Below, piece by piece: positions 8,165 to 17,603 of a DNA stretch of 64,000 bases (the stretch's first letter is position 1; the number at the start of each line of letters is the position of its first letter). Origin of the DNA: Candidatus Lightella neohaematopini (GTDB lineage: Bacteria > Pseudomonadota > Gammaproteobacteria > Enterobacterales > Enterobacteriaceae). The translations under genes and the position numbers were made by a program. The notes beneath the pieces were generated by a model, which was not told where the DNA came from, made no database searches, and saw only the letters and a program-made list of their open reading frames with translations. The stretch covers positions 44,178 to 108,177 of the forward strand of contig JAOBJL010000002.1 in assembly GCA_025728545.1 (NCBI GenBank), read 5' to 3'.

Positions 8165-11032
8165 ATGGACAATTATTATAATCCAAAAAATATAGAACAA
8201 TCAATATATAAATATTGGGAAGAGCATAATCTGTTTAGTCCTACTAAAAAAAATAATAGAAAAAATTATTGTATTGTTATACCTCCACCTAATATTACAG
8301 GTAAATTACATATTGGTCATGCTTATCAATACACTTTAATGGATATATTAATTCGATATAATAAAATGCAAGGTAAAAATACCTTATGGCAAATGGGTAC
8401 TGATCATGCTGGCATAGCTATGCAAATTACAGCTGAAGATATAATAAAAAATAAGTATAATAAAACTAGAATAAATTATAATCGTGAAGATTTTATTAAA
8501 GAAATATGGAAAATAAAGGATAAATTTAGTAATTATATTCACTATCAAATTAAAAGATTAGGTAATTCTGTATATTGGGATAATAATCGTTTTACCTTAG
8601 ATCGTGATATGTCATATTCAGTAAGGTCAGCATTTATAAAATTATACAATGATAACTTAATATATAAGGGTAAAAAATTAGTAAACTGGGATTTTGAATT
8701 AAAAACTGCTATCTCTGATTTAGAAGTAATTAATAAAGAATGTATTGGTAATATGTGGTACCTAAGATATCCATTAGCTAATAATCAGTTTACTATTAAT
8801 AATTTGAATTATTTAGTTATAGCAACTACACGTCCGGAAACAATGTTAGGAGATGTTGCTGTTGCTGTTAATCCTCGTGATAATCGTTATCAAAATTTAA
8901 TTGGTAAGTATGTTATATTACCGATATTAAATAAATTATTACCCATTATAGCAGATGAATACGTAGATATTAAAAAAGGTACTGGTTGTGTAAAAATTAC
9001 TCCAGCACATGACTTTAATGATTATAAAATTGGCAAAAAACATAATTTATTAATTGTTAATATTTTTTCAAAAATTGGTACTATACTTAAAAAACCTGAA
9101 GTACTTAATAAGTATGGTGAAATAGATAATGAAAATACTTACAGTATACCCCATTATTTACAAGGATTAGATAGATTTAAAGCTCGTAATATAATTATAG
9201 ATAAATTAAAAGATTTAGATTTATTAGATGATGTTAAATTACATAAATTAATTATTTCTTATAATAATCGTAATAATAAGGTTATTGAACCATTATTAAC
9301 TAATCAATGGTATATGCGTACTAGTAAATTATCACAGTTGGCTATTAATTTTGTCAAAAATGGATATATTAAGTTTATTCCAAAGCATTATGAAAATTTA
9401 TACTTTAATTGGATGAAAAATATACAGGATTGGTGTATTTCAAGACAAATATGGTGGGGGCATCGTATTCCAGCTTGGTATGATATTAAAAATAATGTAT
9501 ATGTTGGTAATAATGAACAGGAGATAAGATTTTTATATAATCTAAATAAAAATGATATCTTGTATCAAGATAATGATGTACTAGATACTTGGTTTTCTTC
9601 TTCCTTATGGACTTTTGCATCTTTAGGATGGCCTAAAAATACTATTTTACTAAAAATGTTTCATCCAACTAATTTAGTAATAAGTGGTTTTGATATAATA
9701 TTTTTTTGGATTGCTAGAATGATTATGCTAACATCTTATTTAGTCAGAAATCATAATAATTCTACTAATATACCATTTAAAACAGTTTATATTACTGGCT
9801 TAGTATGTGATGAGCATGGACATAAAATGTCTAAATCTAAAGGTAATATTATTGATCCTATAGATATAATAGATGGTATATCGTTAAAAAAATTAATTTA
9901 TAAACGTATTAAGAAAATAAATAGTTTCACTAAAATTAAAAATATTATTAACTACACCAAAAATAAATTTCCTAATGGAATTAGTTCGTATGGTGCTGAT
10001 GCATTACGTTTTGCTTTAACAGCTATGTCATCTTCACACAAAAATATTAATTACAATACTAATCAAGTATTTAGTTACTATGGTTTTTGTAATAAATTAT
10101 GGCAAGTTAGTAGATTTGTATTATTAAATAGTGAAAATTTTTGTGATTATAAGATATCATCTTTATCTTTGATAGATAAGTGGATATTAATAGAATTAAA
10201 TAAAACAATAAAAAAATTTAGATATGCATTAGATAATTATCGTTTTGACTCAGCTGTTAATATACTATATTCTTTTATATGGTACCAATTTTGTAATTGG
10301 TATATCGAGTTGGCAAAAGTTAATATTAAACACGGATCATTATTAGAAATTAAATATACTAAAAATACATTACTAATAGTTTTGAAACAAATATTATTAT
10401 TAACTCATCCAATTATTCCATTTATTACAGAATATATATGGCAACATCTTAATAAAAGATTTAATAATAACCAATCAATTATTTTACAATCATTTCCAAA
10501 TTATCAAACATATGATAGTATTAATAGTATAACTAATAGTATTAATTTAATAAAAAACATCATTTATACTATTAGAAAAATGAAATCAGAAATAAATATA
10601 AATAATAGCACGTTAACAGAAGTTATTTTTAGTAATCTCTCTAATGAAGAAGAACTAATATTATTAAATAGTGATAAGTTTATTAAAAACATAGCTAAAT
10701 TAAATTTAATTACTGTACTACATAACAATAATAAAAACAAACATATTTACATATTTGAAAAAATAAATAATATTCAATTAGCTATACCATTAAATAATTT
10801 AGACAAAAAAATATTATATTTTAGATTAAAAAAAATTAAAATTAATTTAATTGGATTAAATAAAAAAATACAAGTTTTAAATCAAAAAGTAAATAATATT
10901 AAATTTATTAAATATGCACCTAAAATAATTATCAATAATATAGAAGATCAACTAAAAAAATACAGTGAAAAAAAATTAATCTTAATAAAACAAAAAGAAT
11001 TAATATCTAGTTATATAACAAATAATAAATAA
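8165..11032 (+). CDS. valS: Valyl-tRNA synthetase
   Basis: The 955 aa product has the HIGH region PPPNITGKLHIGHA, the KMSKS motif HKMSKSKGN and a C-terminal coiled coil. Confidence 0.95.
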   Translation: MDNYYNPKNIEQSIYKYWEEHNLFSPTKKNNRKNYCIVIPPPNITGKLHIGHAYQYTLMDILIRYNKMQGKNTLWQMGTDHAGIAMQITAEDIIKNKYNKTRINYNREDFIKEIWKIKDKFSNYIHYQIKRLGNSVYWDNNRFTLDRDMSYSVRSAFIKLYNDNLIYKGKKLVNWDFELKTAISDLEVINKECIGNMWYLRYPLANNQFTINNLNYLVIATTRPETMLGDVAVAVNPRDNRYQNLIGKYVILPILNKLLPIIADEYVDIKKGTGCVKITPAHDFNDYKIGKKHNLLIVNIFSKIGTILKKPEVLNKYGEIDNENTYSIPHYLQGLDRFKARNIIIDKLKDLDLLDDVKLHKLIISYNNRNNKVIEPLLTNQWYMRTSKLSQLAINFVKNGYIKFIPKHYENLYFNWMKNIQDWCISRQIWWGHRIPAWYDIKNNVYVGNNEQEIRFLYNLNKNDILYQDNDVLDTWFSSSLWTFASLGWPKNTILLKMFHPTNLVISGFDIIFFWIARMIMLTSYLVRNHNNSTNIPFKTVYITGLVCDEHGHKMSKSKGNIIDPIDIIDGISLKKLIYKRIKKINSFTKIKNIINYTKNKFPNGISSYGADALRFALTAMSSSHKNINYNTNQVFSYYGFCNKLWQVSRFVLLNSENFCDYKISSLSLIDKWILIELNKTIKKFRYALDNYRFDSAVNILYSFIWYQFCNWYIELAKVNIKHGSLLEIKYTKNTLLIVLKQILLLTHPIIPFITEYIWQHLNKRFNNNQSIILQSFPNYQTYDSINSITNSINLIKNIIYTIRKMKSEININNSTLTEVIFSNLSNEEELILLNSDKFIKNIAKLNLITVLHNNNKNKHIYIFEKINNIQLAIPLNNLDKKILYFRLKKIKINLIGLNKKIQVLNQKVNNIKFIKYAPKIIINNIEDQLKKYSEKKLILIKQKELISSYITNNK

Positions 11033-11047
11033 ATAATAATTAATTAA

Positions 11048-11566
11048 TTAAAGTAAGCTAATTTTAGTAAATAATCCAACTTTTAAACTACTAGCAGTGT
11101 AAATTAATTTATTATCACATATTAGTTCACCATCTGCAATGCCAACTATTAGTTTATTATTGATAATGCGTCTTAAATGAATACGATAAATTATTTGTTT
11201 TGATGTTGGTAATACTTGCCCTATAAATCTTACTTCTTTTACTCCTAATGCTCTACCTTTACCTTTTCTACCTAACCAGCCAAGATAAAAACCAACTAAT
11301 TGCCACATAGCATCTAAACCTAAACATCCAGGCATAACTGGATCATTAATAAAATGACAAGAAAAAAACCACATGTTAGGATTAATATCTAATTCAGCTT
11401 CTATAAAACCATTTTTATAATTACCATAATTTTTAGTAATATTAGTTATTCTATCTATCATTAACATATGTAATGATGGTAATTTTGGTCCATCTATTCC
11501 GAATAATTTACCATATCCAGATGCTATTAAATCATTTTTTGAAAAAAAATTTTTTTTATCTAACAT
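11048..11566 (-). CDS. fabA: 3-hydroxydecanoyl-ACP dehydratase/isomerase FabA
   Basis: The product is 172 aa, the same length as in E. coli. It contains the active-site region [33 protein letters not shown]. Confidence 0.95.
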   Translation of the reverse strand: MLDKKNFFSKNDLIASGYGKLFGIDGPKLPSLHMLMIDRITNITKNYGNYKNGFIEAELDINPNMWFFSCHFINDPVMPGCLGLDAMWQLVGFYLGWLGRKGKGRALGVKEVRFIGQVLPTSKQIIYRIHLRRIINNKLIVGIADGELICDNKLIYTASSLKVGLFTKISLL

Positions 11567-11794
11567 AAAATTATATAGAAAAATATCTTATATTTAATAA
11601 TATTAAATCATTTAAATTATTAAATATAAATTAAAACTTAAGTCATAAAATATAAATTATTATTATTACTTATAAGTAAAATATAAAATAAATACTGTTT
11701 AATTTTTTAACAAAAAGTTAAATAAAAAATAAAATTACTACAATTAATATAAATTTTTGTATTTATATTAATATGGATTATAATCTAGTTAATT

Positions 11795-12451
11795 TTATCT
11801 TCGTAATAAATTAATACTACTTATTAAACTAACAAATACATTATATAATGAAACATATAAACTAATAGTTGCTCTTATATAATTATTTTCACCACCATAA
11901 ATAATATTACTTATTTCCCATAATATAGAAGTAGAAGAACAAATAATAAATATGATACTAATTGTTAATGATACTATAGATAAATTAAGAAAACTATTAA
12001 TAGCAATTAATATAAATAATGATAAAAATCCACTAACTATTATACTTGTTAAAAATGACATATTTTTTTTAGTTATAAAAATATAAAGAGAACAAAATAA
12101 TAATATTAACGCAGTACCAATTAAAGATAAAATTATTATATCATTAGCTCCGGTGAATAATATTTTACTTAATGTTGGACCCAATGTATAACCCATAAAT
12201 CCAGTTAAAGCAAATGTAGAAAAAATACCAAAAATACTATTAGATAACTTTTGTGTTAAAAATAACAAACTATAAAACCCAATTATTACAACTAGTAAGC
12301 CAGGACTAGGTAAACAATATATTGTACTAATAGTAGCTATAAATCCAGAGAATGCTAATGTTAAAAATAATAAAAAATAAGTATTGCGTAGAACTTTATT
12401 AGTATTTAAAATAGGTTTATTAATTATAATATCTTTAATTAGTTGATTCAT
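11795..12451 (-). CDS. yccA: BAX inhibitor-1/YccA family membrane protein
   Basis: The 218 aa polytopic protein is close in length to E. coli YccA (219 aa). It lies next to tRNA-Ser(UGA), as in the E. coli yccA-serT pair. Confidence 0.8.
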   Translation of the reverse strand: MNQLIKDIIINKPILNTNKVLRNTYFLLFLTLAFSGFIATISTIYCLPSPGLLVVIIGFYSLLFLTQKLSNSIFGIFSTFALTGFMGYTLGPTLSKILFTGANDIIILSLIGTALILLFCSLYIFITKKNMSFLTSIIVSGFLSLFILIAINSFLNLSIVSLTISIIFIICSSTSILWEISNIIYGGENNYIRATISLYVSLYNVFVSLISSINLLRR

Positions 12452-12614
12452 AAAAATCTCCTATTATATGGTATATGTTAGTGAAATTATTTATACATTA
12501 TAATTTATATTGTAAAATATACTAATAATATGTAATTATATCAATAATTTTTAATATTGTAAATTAGTTAACTAGTTTAGTTATTGGTATTACAATTATT
12601 ATTAACAATAATTT

Positions 12615-12697
12615 GGAGGAGTGGCTGAGTGGTTTAAAGCACCGGTCTTGAAAATCGGTAGTAGAAATACTCTAGAGTTCGAATCTCTACTCCTCCG
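12615..12697 (+). tRNA. serT: tRNA-Ser (anticodon UGA)
   Basis: The sequence is GGAGGAGTGGCTGAGTGGTTTAAAGCACCGGTCTTGAAAATCGGTAGTAGAAATACTCTAGAGTTCGAATCTCTACTCCTCCG. It has an anticodon stem-loop CCGGT-CTTGAAA-ATCGG, a long variable arm and an acceptor stem GGAGGAG/CTCCTCC. Confidence 0.9.
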
Positions 12698-12712
12698 TTA
12701 TGGTTTAATTTT

Positions 12713-12785
12713 GGGTCGTTAGCTCAGTTGGTAGAGCAATTGACTCTTAATCAATTGGTCGTAGGTTCGAATCCTACACGACCCA
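12713..12785 (+). tRNA. tRNA-Lys (anticodon CUU)
   Basis: The sequence is GGGTCGTTAGCTCAGTTGGTAGAGCAATTGACTCTTAATCAATTGGTCGTAGGTTCGAATCCTACACGACCCA. It forms a perfect cloverleaf with anticodon stem-loop ATTGA-CTCTTAA-TCAAT, so position 34 is C. The body is almost identical to E. coli lysT, which carries UUU. Confidence 0.85.
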
Positions 12786-12910
12786 AGTTAATACAAAACT
12801 ATTATAAATAATCAAACTATATTGATATCCTTAATTTAAAATTAATCTTTATTATTTTTTTTACACTAATATGCTATACTCCAGTGATTTAAATTTATAA
12901 ATATAACATT

Positions 12911-13465
12911 ATGCAATTTAATATACCAACTTGGTTAACTATTTTCCGGGTAATAGTAATACCATTATTTATTTTTATTTTTTATTTACCATTTAATTGG
13001 TCCAGATTATGTTGTATTATAATATTTATTCTAGCTTCAATTACTGATTGGTTTGATGGATTTTTGGCTCGTCGTTGGAAACAAACAAGTAATTTTGGAG
13101 CTTTTCTTGATCCAGTAGCTGATAAAGTAATGATATCAGTAGTATTAGTACTAATAGCTGATCAGTTACATTATTGGTTAATCACGTTACCTTCATCTAT
13201 AATTATTGCAAGAGAAATTATTATTTCAGCATTAAGGGAATGGTTAGCTAAATTGGGAAAAAATAATAATATTTCTGTTACTATAATTAGTAAAGTAAAA
13301 ACTACAATTCAAATTATTGCTGTTACTACCTTACTATATCAATCAGATAATTATATTATATTAATTATTGGTATAATTTTTTTATATATTGCATTAATAT
13401 TAACTTTTTATTCTATGTTAGAATATTTATATGTTATTAGACATGAATTTTATAAAAAATTTTAA
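12911..13465 (+). CDS. pgsA: CDP-diacylglycerol--glycerol-3-phosphate 3-phosphatidyltransferase
   Basis: The 184 aa product has the CDP-alcohol phosphatidyltransferase motif DWFDGFLARRWKQTSNFGAFLDPVADK. It is followed by tRNA-Cys and tRNA-Leu, as in E. coli (pgsA-glyW-cysT-leuZ). Confidence 0.9.
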   Translation: MQFNIPTWLTIFRVIVIPLFIFIFYLPFNWSRLCCIIIFILASITDWFDGFLARRWKQTSNFGAFLDPVADKVMISVVLVLIADQLHYWLITLPSSIIIAREIIISALREWLAKLGKNNNISVTIISKVKTTIQIIAVTTLLYQSDNYIILIIGIIFLYIALILTFYSMLEYLYVIRHEFYKKF

Positions 13466-13519
13466 TGTTGTTAAAATATAAAATATAATATATATTTATT
13501 TAATAATCCTAAAATTTTT

Positions 13520-13591
13520 GGCGTGTTGACAGAATGGTTTATGTAGCGGATTGCAAATCCGTTTATCCCAGTTCGATTCTGGGACACGTCT
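13520..13591 (+). tRNA. cysT: tRNA-Cys (anticodon GCA)
   Basis: The sequence is GGCGTGTTGACAGAATGGTTTATGTAGCGGATTGCAAATCCGTTTATCCCAGTTCGATTCTGGGACACGTCT. The anticodon arm CGGAT-TGCAAAT-CCG.. is identical to E. coli cysT, and the discriminator is U. Confidence 0.85.
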
Positions 13592-13597
13592 TTTTTT

Positions 13598-13682
13598 ACC
13601 CGGGTGGTGAAATTTGGTAGACACAAGGGACTTAAAATCCCTCAGCTGAAAAGCTATACGAGTTCAAATCTCGTCCCGGGTA
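13598..13682 (+). tRNA. leuZ: tRNA-Leu (anticodon UAA)
   Basis: The sequence is ACCCGGGTGGTGAAATTTGGTAGACACAAGGGACTTAAAATCCCTCAGCTGAAAAGCTATACGAGTTCAAATCTCGTCCCGGGTA. It has an anticodon stem-loop GGGA-CTTAAAA-TCCC and a long variable arm. It resembles E. coli leuZ. Confidence 0.9.
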
Positions 13683-13699
13683 TGTTAATTTACTTTTTA

Positions 13700-14620
13700 T
13701 TAATTAATTAATGTTGGTATACCTGACCTTCTATTTAATTCATCATTAAATTTTTTTATATTTATATTATTATTCACAATAAACTTTTTAATATATTTAC
13801 TAATTTTAATAGGTAATATTTTTTTTGACATAAATTCTTTTTTATTAGAGGATAATGGTTGATGTACTTCTAAATATATTGTATTATCTGGTTCCTTGGT
13901 AATTTTAATTGGTTCATTAATAAATTGAACTCTAGTTCCTATAGGAACATTATTAAATAAGAATTTAATATCATTATCTCTTAAACGTACACACCCATGA
14001 CTAATTCTTAATCCAATTCCAAATTTACTATTAGTTCCGTGTATAGCATAATAATTACCAAGATATAAAGCAAATAATCCCATTGGGTTTTTTGGTCCAG
14101 CAGGAAATATTTTGGGTATGTATTGTCCATTACGTATATATTCATCTCTAATATTTTTTGTTGGAATCCAAATAGGATTACTTTTTTTATATTTAACAGA
14201 AGTAATCCAATTTCTAGGAGTTTCATTACCTATTTCCCCAATTCCAATAGGAAATACAATAACTTTATTATATTTTAAGAAAAAATATAAACGCATTTCT
14301 GCACTATTAATAATAATTCCTTTATGTAAAGTATTTGGTAATATCATTTTTTTAGGTATAATTATTTTAGTACAAGATATAGGTAAATAAACATCTAGAT
14401 TTGGATTAGCTTCTAACATATTAGTAATACCTACTTGAAATTTAGCAGAAAAGTATTCTAATGAACATTTATTATTAAATGGAATAATAAAGTTAATATT
14501 ATTACCTATAATTTTACTATTTTGATTTATTATTTTGTAAGTTGTAGCAAATAAATTATTACTACAAAATAATTTAGTTATTAATATGGTGATCAATAAT
14601 AACTTAAATAGATATAACAT
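13700..14620 (-). CDS. L,D-transpeptidase (YkuD domain; ErfK/YbiS/YcfS family)
   Basis: The 306 aa product has a signal-peptide-like N-terminus and the YkuD catalytic motif YAIHGTN...GLRISHGCVRLRDNDI. Confidence 0.85.
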   Translation of the reverse strand: MLYLFKLLLITILITKLFCSNNLFATTYKIINQNSKIIGNNINFIIPFNNKCSLEYFSAKFQVGITNMLEANPNLDVYLPISCTKIIIPKKMILPNTLHKGIIINSAEMRLYFFLKYNKVIVFPIGIGEIGNETPRNWITSVKYKKSNPIWIPTKNIRDEYIRNGQYIPKIFPAGPKNPMGLFALYLGNYYAIHGTNSKFGIGLRISHGCVRLRDNDIKFLFNNVPIGTRVQFINEPIKITKEPDNTIYLEVHQPLSSNKKEFMSKKILPIKISKYIKKFIVNNNINIKKFNDELNRRSGIPTLIN

Positions 14621-14670
14621 ATAACATTTATAAAATTATTTAAATTATTTTAGATATTTTAAAATTGTTA

Positions 14671-14706
14671 ATAACAAAAAACCTTACTATTTTTTTAGTA
14701 AGGTTT
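14671..14706 (-). terminator. Candidate intrinsic terminator downstream of ahpC
   Basis: The reverse-strand RNA is AAACCUUACUA-AAAAAA-UAGUAAGGUUU followed by UUUGUUAU. This forms an 11-bp stem and 6-nt loop running into a U tract, 44-79 nt after the ahpC stop. The stem alone is not statistically exceptional in such AT-rich DNA, so the call rests on position plus the U tract. Confidence 0.45.
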
Positions 14707-14749
14707 AAAGTTAAAAAATAAATAATCATGTAACTTTATAAAATAAATA

Positions 14750-15349
14750 TTATAAATCATTAATATTATTACTTAAATAATTAGCGATACCATCTTTAGT
14801 TGGTTCAATTGTATTTTTTCCTATTTTCCATTGAGCTGGACATACCTGACCGTTAATTTCATGATGTTTAAGTGCATCAATAAATCTTATTATTTCATCA
14901 ATATTTCTGCCTATAGGTAAGTCATTTATAGATTGATGACGTATGATACTATCTTTATCTAATATAAAAGTTCCTCTTAATGCTACACCTAATTCTGGAT
15001 GTTCTATTTCATAAGATTTTATGATATTTCTTTTTACATCAGAAATCATTGGATAATTAATATTAAATACTCCACCATTATTAGTAGGTATAGATCGCCA
15101 TGTACTATGTGCAAATACAGAATCTATAGATATACCAATTATTTTAACACCACGTTGTTTAAATTCTATATAACGTTTATTAAAAGAAATTAATTCTGAT
15201 GGACATACAAAAGTAAAATTCATTGGCCAAAAGAATATAACAGCATATTTATTACTAATATATTCATATAAATTAAAATTATCAATTATCGTGCCATCTT
15301 TCAATACTGCCGGAGCTGTAAAATTAGGTGCTATTTTTGTAACTAACAT
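14750..15349 (-). CDS. ahpC: Typical 2-Cys peroxiredoxin (AhpC/TsaA type)
   Basis: The 199 aa product has the peroxidatic Cys motif FTFVCPSE and the resolving Cys in GQVCPAQW. Confidence 0.9.
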   Translation of the reverse strand: MLVTKIAPNFTAPAVLKDGTIIDNFNLYEYISNKYAVIFFWPMNFTFVCPSELISFNKRYIEFKQRGVKIIGISIDSVFAHSTWRSIPTNNGGVFNINYPMISDVKRNIIKSYEIEHPELGVALRGTFILDKDSIIRHQSINDLPIGRNIDEIIRFIDALKHHEINGQVCPAQWKIGKNTIEPTKDGIANYLSNNINDL

Positions 15350-15568
15350 ATATATCTCCTATAAATACTTTAATTAAATTAAATTGATATATATTATCAT
15401 AAAAAATATATTACAAATCATTATTTATGATAATAAGTTAAAAATAATAAATTACTATTTAATATACTTATTGTTTTATATTATAATAGATAGTATAATT
15501 TTAAAGCTAATAATTTTATTTAAAAAATATTAATTTTTAATGAAATATTAAATAGTAAAAATATTTAG

Positions 15569-15961
15569 ATGAATGATTTTATTAATAAAATACTAACTGG
15601 TTATAATTACTATTCACAATCGTCAGGTAATCCTTATTCAATTTTGTTAATGTTATTTATTTTTATACTAGTATTTTACTTTATGATTATAAGACCTCAA
15701 CAAAAAAGAATAAAATCACATAAATTATTGATTAATAATGTTAAAAGTGGTGATGAAATTATGACTAATAGTGGCTTAATAGGTGTATTACTAGAAAAAA
15801 CAAATAATGGATATGCATTATTATTACTTAATAGTAATAATAAAGTAATTATTAAGTTAGATTATATTTCTATTATTCTACCAAAGGGTACGTTAAAATT
15901 ACTTAATGATAATTTAGAAAAAAGTATAGTTAATAATACACCTAAATTAAATAAAAAATAG
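15569..15961 (+). CDS. yajC: Sec translocon accessory subunit YajC
   Basis: The 130 aa product matches E. coli YajC in YSILLMLFIFILVFYFMIIRPQQKR..H..L......GDEIMTNSGLIG (MSLILMLVVFGLIFYFMILRPQQKR...GDEVLTNGGLVG). It carries about 20 extra C-terminal residues. Confidence 0.85.
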   Translation: MNDFINKILTGYNYYSQSSGNPYSILLMLFIFILVFYFMIIRPQQKRIKSHKLLINNVKSGDEIMTNSGLIGVLLEKTNNGYALLLLNSNNKVIIKLDYISIILPKGTLKLLNDNLEKSIVNNTPKLNKK

Positions 15962-15966
15962 TAATT

Positions 15967-17094
15967 ATGAATAATCAAGATAAAATATATCTTTTACGTG
16001 CATTTAAACTAGCTAAATTAGGTAAGTTTTCTACATTTTCTAATCCAAATGTTGGGTGTGTTATAGTAAAGAATAATAATATTGTTGGTGAAGGTTATCA
16101 TGAATATTATGGTGGACATCATGCAGAAATAAATGCATTAAACATGGCTGGTAAAAATGCATACGGTTCTACTGTTTACGTTACTTTAGAACCATGTAAT
16201 TTTTATAATAAAACACCACCTTGTACAGAAGCCTTAATAAAAAATAAAGTATTTAAAGTAATAGCTGCTACTCTAGATCCTAATCCTAAAGTATCTGGTA
16301 TGGGTTTTAATAAACTGAAAAGTTATGGAATATTAGTAGAATATGGCTATATGTTAGATGAAGCAGAAAAACTTAATTATGATTTCTTTAAGAGAATTCG
16401 TACTGGTATTCCCTGGATAAGTTTAAAATTAGCATCATCATTAGATGGACGTACTAATTATGCATTTAACAAAAAAAAATGGATTACTTCTATTAAATCA
16501 AGACAAGATGTGCAAATTTTTAGGGCAAAAAGTGATGTAATTTTATCTACTTCATCAACTATTATATCTGACAATCCAAAATTAACAGTACGTAAATCAT
16601 TATTACCTAAATATATAAAAAATATTTATTCTACTAAATATATTAGAAATCCAATTAGAGTAATTATTGATGTTAATAATCGTATAAATAAAGATTTTAA
16701 TATTATTCAAGACAATCGAGAAACTTGGTTAATAAGATCTGTTATTAATAATGATTTACTAAAATTACCAAAAGTTAAACAAATTATTTTACCTACATAC
16801 ATAAAAAATAATAAAGTATATTTAAACCTAATTGAGTTATTATTATATCTTGGTAAGAATGAAATTAATAAAATTCTTGTAGAAGCCGGGTCAATATTAT
16901 CTAGTATTTTAATTAAAAAAAGATTAATAGATGAATTTATACTATATCAATCACCAAAAATCATAGGAGCTAATGCTAATGCATTATTTAATATAAATCA
17001 AAAATTTAATAGTTTTAAAATAATAAAATTTAAAATTTTAGATGTAAAAAAAATTGGAGTAGATATTAGAATTCGTTTAGTACCTAATAACTAA
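15967..17094 (+). CDS. ribD: Bifunctional riboflavin biosynthesis deaminase/reductase RibD
   Basis: The 375 aa product has the cytidine-deaminase zinc motif HAEINAL...TLEPC..........PPC and a C-terminal reductase domain. Confidence 0.9.
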   Translation: MNNQDKIYLLRAFKLAKLGKFSTFSNPNVGCVIVKNNNIVGEGYHEYYGGHHAEINALNMAGKNAYGSTVYVTLEPCNFYNKTPPCTEALIKNKVFKVIAATLDPNPKVSGMGFNKLKSYGILVEYGYMLDEAEKLNYDFFKRIRTGIPWISLKLASSLDGRTNYAFNKKKWITSIKSRQDVQIFRAKSDVILSTSSTIISDNPKLTVRKSLLPKYIKNIYSTKYIRNPIRVIIDVNNRINKDFNIIQDNRETWLIRSVINNDLLKLPKVKQIILPTYIKNNKVYLNLIELLLYLGKNEINKILVEAGSILSSILIKKRLIDEFILYQSPKIIGANANALFNINQKFNSFKIIKFKILDVKKIGVDIRIRLVPNN

Positions 17095-17118
17095 TTGTTT
17101 AATAAAGAGAAAATAACG

Positions 17119-17595
17119 ATGAATATAATAGAAGCTAAAACTGTAATTAATGATAGTAATATAAATATAGTTATAATTGTATCTCGTTTTAATAAATCTA
17201 TAAATAAAAACTTATTAGATGGAGCAACTGATACATTAATACGTATTGGTAATATAAAAGAAGAAAATATTACCGTTATTTGGGTTCCTGGGGTATATGA
17301 AATACCTATAATTGCTAATAAGTTAGTATATACAAATAAATACAAAGCTATAATCACAATAGGTACAGTAATAAAGGGTGAAACTAATCATAATCATTAT
17401 ATTGTTAACGAATGTATATCTAAATTATCAGAAATATCAACAAATAGTATTATACCAATAACTTTTGGTATATTAACTACTAATGATATAGATCAAGCTA
17501 TTAAAAGATCTGGTATAAAATTAACTAATAAGGGTGTAGAAATCGCAATAACAACATTAGAAATGATAAATTTAATACATATTTTAAATAAATAA
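17119..17595 (+). CDS. ribH: 6,7-dimethyl-8-ribityllumazine synthase
   Basis: MNIIEAK...IVSRFNKSINKNLLDGA..ENITVIWVPGVYEIP matches E. coli MNIIEAN...IARFNNFINDSLLEGA..ENITVVWVPGAYELP. The track ORF begins at TTG 17095, but the ATG at 17119 with an upstream AAGAGAAA is the homologous start. Confidence 0.9.
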   Translation: MNIIEAKTVINDSNINIVIIVSRFNKSINKNLLDGATDTLIRIGNIKEENITVIWVPGVYEIPIIANKLVYTNKYKAIITIGTVIKGETNHNHYIVNECISKLSEISTNSIIPITFGILTTNDIDQAIKRSGIKLTNKGVEIAITTLEMINLIHILNK

Positions 17596-17603
17596 GGTAA
17601 TTT

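Noticed and set aside
14008-14390. Two track ORFs (14008-14226 on the minus strand, 14112-14390 on the plus strand) lie inside the L,D-transpeptidase gene.
   Set aside because: They are fully nested in or antisense to a well-supported CDS. Their products are low-complexity and hydrophobic with no recognisable motifs. This is typical of alternative-frame noise in the less AT-rich parts of genes.
14999-15193. A 64-aa plus-strand ORF.
   Set aside because: It is antisense to and nested within ahpC, and has no motif support.
17095-17118. The longest-ORF rule in the track produces upstream non-ATG starts for ribH (TTG 17095). The same happens for cyoB (TTG 27269), clpP (TTG 28573), htpG (GTG 39513), adk (TTG 41395) and cdsA (TTG 52312).
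   Set aside because: In each case an ATG a few codons downstream matches the orthologue's N-terminus exactly and has a better-placed purine-rich Shine-Dalgarno-like sequence. I kept non-ATG starts only where homology demands them: nusB TTG, uppS TTG, fabZ TTG and mdlA GTG.
17091-17357. An 88-aa minus-strand ORF.
   Set aside because: It is antisense to ribH and the ribD end. It is a hydrophobic low-complexity artefact.
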